From: Octopus sinensis
Taxonomy: Eukaryota
Length of the DNA stretch: 5,987 bases
Assembly (NCBI RefSeq): GCF_006345805.1
Contig: NW_021829706.1
Coordinates: 1 to 5,987 of the forward strand
Direction: 5' to 3'
The position numbers and the translations under genes were made by a program. Of the stretch, positions 1 through 5,662 are shown in pieces; the stretch's first letter is position 1, and the number at the start of each line of letters is the position of its first letter. A model generated the notes under the pieces. The model was not told the DNA's origin, did no database searches, and saw only the letters and a list, made by a program, of their open reading frames with translations.

Positions 1-441
1 TGAAGAGCTTAAAACCCCATAGAGTTGTCTCCCCTTATTTACAGCACAGGAATTGGACTACTACTTCCTGTTTTGCCATTCACTTAAGAGACACCCTTAA
101 TTAAATTAAACAATACATGGATTTAATCCCATGGATCTCAATAATCCAAGGTAATTTTTCGTGAACTATCATTAAACTCAAGATACACATAGACTTTACA
201 TTGTATCGGAGTACCTATTTTTAAATTTTTGTATATATTTATTATTATTTTTTTGCAAAAAACAATGTAATTTTCTTTTTCCCCCTCCTCAAATTAAAAA
301 AAAAATTTCTTTACAATTCTTGAAAAGTCACATTATGACGAAAACCGGTTTGAATTTGGGGTACTTAGTTGTGCCCATGACTTAGTATTTGCTTCTTCCA
401 TGGGTATGAGTAAGTATCTCATTTATTTCTTTTGCCACATG

Positions 442-499
442 TATCACTGACGAAGAGAGGGCTCTTAGTAGCTAACTCTGAAATCGGTCCGATATGGTA
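442..499 (+). ncRNA. Minimal type I hammerhead ribozyme motif (HHR-1), canonical core
   Basis: Stem I TATCA 442-446 / TGGTA 495-499 (one G.U); CTGACGA 447-453; stem II AGAG 454-457 / CTCT 476-479; GAAA 480-483; stem III ATCG-GTC-CGAT 483-493 (near-palindrome ATCGG-T-CCGAT); NUH triplet AUA 492-494. All core elements are in the correct order. Activity untested. Confidence 0.65.
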
Positions 500-751
500 A
501 TAATGGAATTTTTTGGAAATTTCTGTCGACCTTTTTTCGAGTAGCGTGCATATTGTGAAAAAATTATATGGTTAATGGACAATATGTCCAATTTTTCGGC
601 ATATTTGGCATTAGAATTTTTTTCTCTTTGCCCTCATTTATGAATTGTTTATAAATTTAACCGCTAAAGGTATTTTTAATATGCTGCGGCCATTGATAAA
701 TTTTTTTTGAGAAAATATCTTTTTTCGAAAAGAATTTTATCCTCACATTTG

Positions 752-809
<58 letters not shown>

Positions 810-852
810 TAACTCTCCGTCTCTCACTTACTCTCTGTCTCTCCTTCTCCCT
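752..852. repeat. (TA)n microsatellite followed by a CT-rich low-complexity tract
   Basis: TA dinucleotide run 752-809 with two phase slips; pyrimidine tract ctctccgtctctcacttactctctgtctctccttctccct 813-852. Confidence 0.97.
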
Positions 853-883
853 ATACGATGTAAAGCGTGACTGGAGACATGAA

Positions 884-914
884 CAACCAACCAACCAACC
901 AACCAACCAACCAA
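884..914. repeat. (CAAC)n tetranucleotide microsatellite
   Basis: Seven full CAAC units plus a partial unit. Confidence 0.97.
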
Positions 915-1577
915 GAAATAAACAAACATTTATATCGGTTTTTAATACATAGAGATTATGGGAACAGTTCTTGTACGCTGACGAAGAGAGGCCAAATGCT
1001 AAAAAACAACAACACAAAGAAAAAAAACAGAAAAAATATTTCAAAAATAATTAAACTTAATAAAATGTAATGAATCGCCACCCAACGACAGAATGTTTTT
1101 TTAAGAATGAGTTTCACACTCATAGCACTTCTTTTCCAAATATGGTGGTTTAATTATAACTTAATTACCTTCTGAAACGAGGTCTCGATAAACGCTGGGA
1201 TAATTATGAATTTAGTCTCTCCACATGTGTAGGTCATGGCGCTGGAATGGAATTTTAGAGATCGGTTTCCTTATTAAAATTGTCAAGCAATATCAAATGA
1301 TATTCTGTCTGGTTTTTCCAGCGACTAGTCAGTCGAATTACCTTTGAAAAAGGCGGTTGAAGTTCAACAGTTTGTAATGTCATTAGCGCTAGATTTGGTA
1401 ATGGTAAACAAATTTATTCTTAATTAGTAATCTTTGAATGTAACTTAGAAGTTTATGTCATTGCTCATTTATAAATTTACGTCTTCTGTCTATCTCTTCT
1501 GTTTTAACGCGCAAACGGAAAAGGAATTAGGGAGATAAATAAAGATAAAGACTAAAGCTATATCTTAAATAATAACC

Positions 1578-1729
1578 TCTTTTACTAGCAAGCACAAGGC
1601 CCGCAATTTTGATGGAGGGGCAAAGTTGATTATATCGACCCTAGTGTTCAACTAGTACCTGTTTTATTTACCGCGGAAATTGAACTCAGAACGTAAAGGC
1701 GGACGAAATGCCGTTAGTGATTTCGTCCG
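1578..1729 (-). mobile_element. Partial tRNA-derived SINE, second family (family B), head truncated and internally deleted
   Basis: The minus strand reads a B-box-like GAGTTCAATTTCC (1675-1687), preceded by a 10-bp arm cggacgaaat/atttcgtccg (1700-1709/1720-1729). The body gcacaaggcccgcaatttt...atcgaccctagtg...tagtac matches my recollection of a common Octopus SINE. No A box is seen. Confidence 0.65.
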
Positions 1730-1813
1730 ATATAAATAATGGCCATTGTAAATATTAGTTGACTGGTTGCTTCGTTAATTTCTCCAACCATACTTTACAT
1801 TATATAGAGAGAT

Positions 1814-1838
1814 GGGGGGGGGGGCAAATAAATTATAC

Positions 1839-1913
<75 letters not shown>

Positions 1914-1922
1914 ATATATATA
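1814..1922. repeat. Compound simple repeat: G11, (CA)11, interrupted (TA)n
   Basis: G run 1814-1824, CA run 1839-1860, TA run 1861-1922. Confidence 0.97.
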
Positions 1923-2326
1923 CTCTTTACTCTTTACTCTTTTACTTGTTTCAGTCATTTGACTGCGGCCATGCTGGAGCACCACCTCTAATCGAGCGAC
2001 TAGACCCCGGGACTTATTCTTTGTAAGCCCAGTACTTATTCTATCGGTCTCTTTTGCCGAACCGCTAAGTGACATAAACACACCAGCATCGGTTGTCAAG
2101 CAATACTAGGGGGACAAACACTGACACACAAACACGCACATATATATACATATACATATATACGACGGGCTTCTTTCCGTTTCCGTCTACCAAATCCACT
2201 CACAAGGCTTTGGTTGGCCCGAGGCTATAGTAGAAGACACTTGCCCAAGGTGCCGCGCAGTGGGACTGAACCCAGAACCATGTGGCTGGTAAGCAAGCTA
2301 CTTACCACACAGCCACTCCTGCGCCT
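1921..2326 (-). mobile_element. Full-length tRNA-derived SINE (family A, copy 1; octopus OR/CORE-like) with central microsatellite and (TAAAAGAG)n-type tail
   Basis: Minus strand: A-box-like TGGCTGTGTGG (2305-2315), B-box-like GGTTCAGTCCC (2262-2272), ACCTTGGGCAAGT core-like motif, central TA/TG tract (~2130-2161), 3' body and a short tandem tail (1921-1945). Both halves have an inverted homologue in this window (2752-2916; 3981-4197). Confidence 0.9.
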
Positions 2327-2340
2327 ATACATATATATAT

Positions 2341-2562
2341 GTGTGTGTGGGTATCTATATGTGTGTCTGTATTTGTGTTTGTGCCCCAGCACCGCTTCAT
2401 AACCAGTGTTGGATTGTTCCCTTGACCTAGCGGCTCGGTAAGAGGGCCGATAGAATAAGAACCAAGCTTTAAAAAATAAGTACTGTTTTTACTTTGTTCG
2501 ATTAAACTCATCAAGGTGGTGCCCCAGCATTGCCGCACTCTAGTCTCCGAAACAAGTAACAG
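2341..2562 (+). mobile_element. Older, diverged 3' half of a family-A-related SINE
   Basis: Aligns by eye to 3981-4197: cctagcggctcggtaagagggccgatagaataag vs cttagcggttcggcaaaagaaccgatagaataag; ggtggtgccccagcattgccgca vs ggcggtgctccagcatggccaca; gaaacaagtaa tail start. Confidence 0.75.
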
Positions 2563-2563
2563 C

Positions 2564-2720
2564 ACGAGCTTCTACAGGTTCCGCTTACCAAATCCACTCA
2601 CAACACATTGGTCGGCCTCGGGGCTATGACAGAAGAAGCATTTTCAAGGTGCCGCCCAGTGGGACTGAACACGAAAACACATAATTACAAAGTGAGCGTC
2701 GTAACCACGTAACCATGTCC
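2564..2720 (-). mobile_element. Older, diverged 5' half (tRNA-like head) of a family-A-related SINE
   Basis: Aligns to 2162-2326: taccaaatccactcacaa, caaggtgccgcccagtgggactgaac (B box), with a degenerate A-box region near 2700-2716. Confidence 0.75.
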
Positions 2721-2751
2721 GATGAAAATAACAAAAAATATATTAACAACT

Positions 2752-2916
2752 AGGCGTAGGAGTGGCTGTGTGGTAAGTATCTTGCTTATGAACCACATGG
2801 TTGCGGGTTCAGTCCTACTGCATGGCACCTTGGGCAAGTGTCTTCTACTATAGCCTTGGGCCGACCAAAGCCTTGTGAGTGGATTTGGTAGACGGAAACT
2901 GAAAGAAGTCCGTCGT
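2752..2916 (+). mobile_element. Family A SINE copy 2, 5' half (tRNA-like head and core)
   Basis: A box 2763-2773, B box 2806-2816. Ungapped reverse-complement match to 2162-2326 with 14 mismatches in 165 nt (hand count, ~91.5%). Confidence 0.92.
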
Positions 2917-2946
2917 ATATATGTATATATATATATATATATATAT

Positions 2947-3298
2947 AAACGGCAGTTTGTCTGTGCGTGTTTCTGTGTGTCTGTTTGCTTGTACCCTCAT
3001 CCTCACCACGGCTTTTAACCGATTCTGATGAAACTTGACACACACATAGCCCAATGTCATAATTCAAAACTAAAGCAGCGAAAATTTTGAAAAGTTCCCC
3101 CAGTTCTGAAAAAGGTCGATAAATTCGACATGGGGTCGAGAATCAGGAACACAAACCACAAACTGTGTAGGGGACGCAACTCCACCTTTTTTAACTATCA
3201 AAAAAAAAATTTACCATCATTTTTTTGCTATAGCTCTCTAAAAATGCTTTATAGTTATTTCCCTTACAAACCTGAGCAACGCCGGGCGATACTGCTAG
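2947..3298 (+). mobile_element. Non-autonomous Helitron-like element (5' end hidden in the (TA)n tract 2916-2946)
   Basis: 3' GC-rich hairpin CCTGAGC-AAC-GCCGGG (3271-3286) lies 8 nt upstream of a terminal CTAG (3295-3298) followed by T. The 5' part has TATATATAAA, a GT-rich simple tract (2955-2992) and an ACCGATT..GATGAAA motif (3018-3033), typical of small invertebrate rolling-circle elements. No TSD. The diagnostic 5' TC is not visible. Confidence 0.7.
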
Positions 3299-3317
3299 TA
3301 TGTATATATATATATAT

Positions 3318-3572
3318 AAAACAATAATAAATCTCTGAACGAGATATAAACAGTAACTGCTCGACAACGTAAGGGGTATCAGCCATCTGAATGTGGCTAG
3401 GGACTGGGCGGGGTGGTGGGGTGTTACTGATGCTTTTAGCCTCAGGCGATCAACGTCACCACAGTAACCCCCCACCACCCCCCCAGTCCCTAGCCACATT
3501 CAGATGGCTGATACCCCTTACGTTGTCGAGCAGTTACTGTTTATATCTCGTTCAGAGATTTATTATTGTTTT
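3318..3572. repeat. Near-perfect long inverted repeat (112/111-bp arms, 32-nt spacer)
   Basis: 3318-3408 pairs perfectly with 3482-3572. The only defects are an extra C at 3409 and one mismatch (3422/3469). The ORF track shows the same peptide on opposite strands (3191..3499 - and 3391..3597 +), as expected for a palindrome. Confidence 0.98.
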
Positions 3573-3658
3573 CAGACAGTTTTTTCTACATCAGTGACAG
3601 TGGTTACTGTGAAAACGTTATATATATTGTTTGTAGAGGGAATCCTTCATCGAAGACC

Positions 3659-3716
3659 GGTGCTTATATCATACGTTGACAAGAGGCATGACCTCGAAAC
3701 TAGTCTATGTAGTACC
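3659..3716 (+). ncRNA. Type I hammerhead ribozyme motif (HHR-2), U3-A8 core variant
   Basis: TTGACAA 3676-3682; stem II GAGG 3683-3686 / CCTC 3692-3695, loop CATGA; GAAA 3696-3699; palindromic stem III ACTAGT 3699-3704; GUC triplet 3703-3705; stem I ATACG 3671-3675 / TATGT 3706-3710 (one C-A mismatch, two G.U), a 6-nt bulge, then GGTGCT 3659-3664 / AGTACC 3711-3716. Confidence 0.7.
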
Positions 3717-3876
3717 CGGATCTTCTCGAGGAGGATGACCTCCCTTCACAAACAAACAAGGACACTGAGATAGTGTCAGTCCTTCTGGTGACGTTGATCG
3801 CCTGGGGCTAAAGCATCAGTAACACCCCACCACCCCGCCCATCCTAGCCACATTCAGATGGCTGATACCCCTTACG

Positions 3877-3878
<2 letters not shown>

Positions 3879-3920
<42 letters not shown>

Positions 3921-3984
3921 TATATATAGGTGTGTGTATAATTGTAGGTGTGTGTGTGTATATGTAGGTGTGTGTGTGTATATG
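3879..3984. repeat. (TA)n tract followed by three copies of an ~20-bp TAGG(TG)nTATATG unit (expanded SINE central microsatellite)
   Basis: TA run 3879-3928; units at 3927-3944, 3945-3964 and 3965-3984, the last two identical. Confidence 0.9.
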
Positions 3985-4197
3985 TTTGTGAGTCTGTCTT
4001 TATCTCCCGCCCCCAAATCACTTGACAACCGATGCTGGTGTGTTTACGTCCCCATCACTTAGCGGTTCGGCAAAAGAACCGATAGAATAAGTACTAGGCT
4101 TTCAAAGAATAAGTCCTGGGGTAGATTTGCTCGACTAAAGGCGGTGCTCCAGCATGGCCACAGTCACATGACTGAAACAAATAAAAGAGTAAAAGAA
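3981..4197 (+). mobile_element. Family A SINE copy 2, 3' half with TAAAAGAG-type tail
   Basis: Reverse-complement homologue of ~1921-2135 (cttgacaaccgatgctggtgtgttta...gctccagcatggcc.cagtca.atgactgaaacaa.taaaagagtaaaagaa). Same orientation as 2752-2916, which supplies the missing 5' half. Confidence 0.9.
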
Positions 4198-4455
4198 TAA
4201 CTGTTTATCGTTCTATAGGAAAGAATTAAAGAAAAAAAAAACTGTTGATCAAGTATTTTGAATTTAGCTTATATTTTCTAATACATGTTGCATCTTACGT
4301 AAATATTTATTAATTATTTAATCTTGTCACCGAGAAACGCACTATATACAGATTAAATTAGTAAACTATTGCAGTTAATTTTTTAAAAATTCGTGCTTGA
4401 TTTAATTTGCTATTTTCTGTAAGCTCACTTTATGGTCTAAGGAATGAGGGAATAC

Positions 4456-4502
4456 TTATCCTCTGATGAGTGGCCAACGCACCATAAAACATGTCAGAGT
4501 AA
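4456..4502 (+). ncRNA. Decayed minimal type I hammerhead motif (HHR-3)
   Basis: Stem I TTATCCT 4456-4462 / AGAGTAA 4496-4502 (one mismatch); CTGATGA 4463-4469; stem II GTGG 4470-4473 / CCAT 4482-4485; AAAA instead of GAAA at 4486-4489; palindromic ACATGT 4489-4494; GUC triplet 4493-4495. Confidence 0.6.
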
Positions 4503-4546
4503 TCTCCGTTATTTTTCTATGTGAGTAATCTCCTTTGTTTTTATGT
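4497..4546 (+). repeat. Short tandem duplication (26 + 24 bp)
   Basis: gagtaatctccgttatttttctatgt (4497-4522) followed by gagtaatctcctttgtttttatgt (4523-4546); begins inside the 3' strand of HHR-3 stem I. Confidence 0.8.
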
Positions 4547-5113
4547 GTACGAAGAGTTTAACAAGATGTATTTACTACTGTTTAAAGTTCCACAGGGAAA
4601 GGATTAAATACTGCGGTTTAAAAAATAATAAAAACTGAACAATTCTTCTTTGCATTGTCTTCTAGAACGGCACATATGCTTCACGTAGCATGTATAGCCA
4701 TATTTGCAGAGTAAGCACAAACTGCACATTCATATAAATCACAATGTAAACAATTACCGACTTTAGATCAACAAAAAGTAGTTTATAAGCGCGAAAGGGA
4801 TAAGGGATGAGGTCAGAATAAAAGGAAAGTGAGGTGTATATTAAAGCCCTGCGGGAAAGATTTACTCGGCTTAAAATTTCATATATTTTAATGATTTATT
4901 TATGTTTGAAGTGTTACAGTTTTCTGTTGCATCTTTGCTCATAGTTTAGAGTTTTGCATAATTGAAGAAAAGTTAGTTACTGCTTCGGTACCTCAAATTG
5001 TGATCCATTCTTCCATATTTTGCAGATGTCTCCAAAGGTTATCTTTATCTGACCTGGCTCCTAGCACCTTCCTCTCTCGACAAGCTTTGACCTCTCCTCT
5101 TATACACTTTTCT

Positions 5114-5333
5114 CTCTTACATCATACAGCTCTCACGTCATACAGCTCTTACATCGTACAGCTCTTACATCGTACAGCTCTCACGTCATACAGCTCCCAC
5201 GTCATACAGCTCTCATATAATACAGCTCTCATGTCATACAGCTCTCACGTCATACAACTCTCACATCAAAGAGCTCTCACGTCATACAGTTCCCACGTCA
5301 TACAGTTCTCACGTCATACAGCTCTCACATCAC
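5114..5333. repeat. 16-bp minisatellite, consensus CTCTCACGTCATACAG, 13 full units plus a partial one
   Basis: Units start every 16 nt from 5114 to 5322 without indels; substitutions only; no unique spacers. Confidence 0.97.
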
Positions 5334-5624
5334 GTACACCACTTCCCATATTGAATGATATACAATTCCTCGAGACATTTTTTTACTGATTTTATATCGT
5401 AAAACAGTAGATATATATAATTAATTATCGTGAGTCTTTTTTTTTCAAAATTCTATAATTATGCTAATTATTTAAGAAAAACCATTCATTTTGTTTGCTA
5501 GTTTCATAATTCGTAATGAAGTTATGATATTCTGGCAATGTCATAAAGCCTAAACGAATTTATAAAAATTCAAAAAAGAAATTAATTTTAGTGATTTTAT
5601 TTGCCGTGAAAAGTAAAAAACAAA

Positions 5625-5659
5625 CCTAACGTTTCGGACACTTATACTTCTTCAGAAAG
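5625..5659 (-). ncRNA. Degenerate minimal hammerhead remnant (HHR-4)
   Basis: The minus strand reads CTGAAGA (5655-5649), a 13-nt stem II region ending in CC with poor pairing, GAAA (5635-5632), ACGT palindrome, then U. Stem I has only ~3 weak pairs. Confidence 0.4.
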
Positions 5660-5662
5660 AAC

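Larger units (their letters stand above)
3318..3878 (+). mobile_element. Fold-back / partially tandem element with an internal hammerhead (Penelope pLTR- or retrozyme-like), flanked by (TA)n on both sides
   Basis: Layout A(3318-3429) B(3430-3461) A'(3462-3572) C(3573-3785) B'(3786-3816) partial A'(3817-3878). Direct-repeat period is 355 bp (3462 vs 3817). The inverted copy 3366-3461 vs 3786-3878 differs by 3 single-base deletions and 1 substitution. The family assignment is inference. Confidence 0.6.

Noticed and set aside
97-154. LIKLNNT / FNPMDLN peptides faintly recalling the C-terminus of a Penelope GIY-YIG endonuclease upstream of HHR-1
   Set aside because: Requires a frameshift, is surrounded by stops and has too few matching residues to distinguish from chance.
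707-1070. ORFs 707..952, 757..1044 and 867..1070
   Set aside because: They are open only because they run through (TA)n, CT-rich and (CAAC)n repeats (IYIY, QPTN); no protein-like content.
1172-1196. CTGAAACGAGGTCTCGATAAACG (and CTGATGGTGAAAC on the minus strand at 5764-5776) as hammerhead-like
   Set aside because: Core spacing is wrong and stems II/III are absent.
2752-2825. Possible tRNA gene (also at 2255-2326, minus strand)
   Set aside because: A/B boxes are present, but there is no complete cloverleaf and the sequence continues into a SINE body.
3025-3045. CTGATGA as a hammerhead core
   Set aside because: No stem II or downstream GAAA/stem III; it is part of the Helitron-like ACCGATT..GATGAAA motif.
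1759-3067. ORFs 1759..1962, 1902..2099, 2214..2402, 2302..2565, 2786..3067 and 2848..3060
   Set aside because: All are translations of SINE bodies and microsatellites.
3591-3626. Hairpin ACAGT-GGTT-ACTGT followed by GAAAACGTT, resembling a second hammerhead half
   Set aside because: The upstream sequence is TCAGTGA rather than CTGANGA and no stem I can be drawn.
3130-4028. ORFs 3130..3327, 3191..3499, 3391..3597, 3504..3773 and 3816..4028
   Set aside because: They lie in the Helitron-like element, the palindrome and TA/TG repeats. The shared peptide on opposite strands is explained by the inverted repeat. No RT, endonuclease or transposase motifs.
4666-4710. Possible 45-bp plus-strand cassette exon (pyrimidine tract + TAG acceptor at 4665, GTAAGC donor at 4711)
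   Set aside because: Such signals are common by chance in AT-rich DNA, the peptides are unrecognisable, and there is no supporting exon in the window; needs RNA-seq.
5114-5333. CRISPR-like appearance of the regular repeats
   Set aside because: Head-to-tail units without unique spacers, no cas genes, eukaryotic context.
5000-5389. 129-aa ORF with HRTALTSYSSHVIQLS repeats
   Set aside because: The 16-aa periodicity is just three 16-bp minisatellite units; it starts at GTG and has no domain resemblance.
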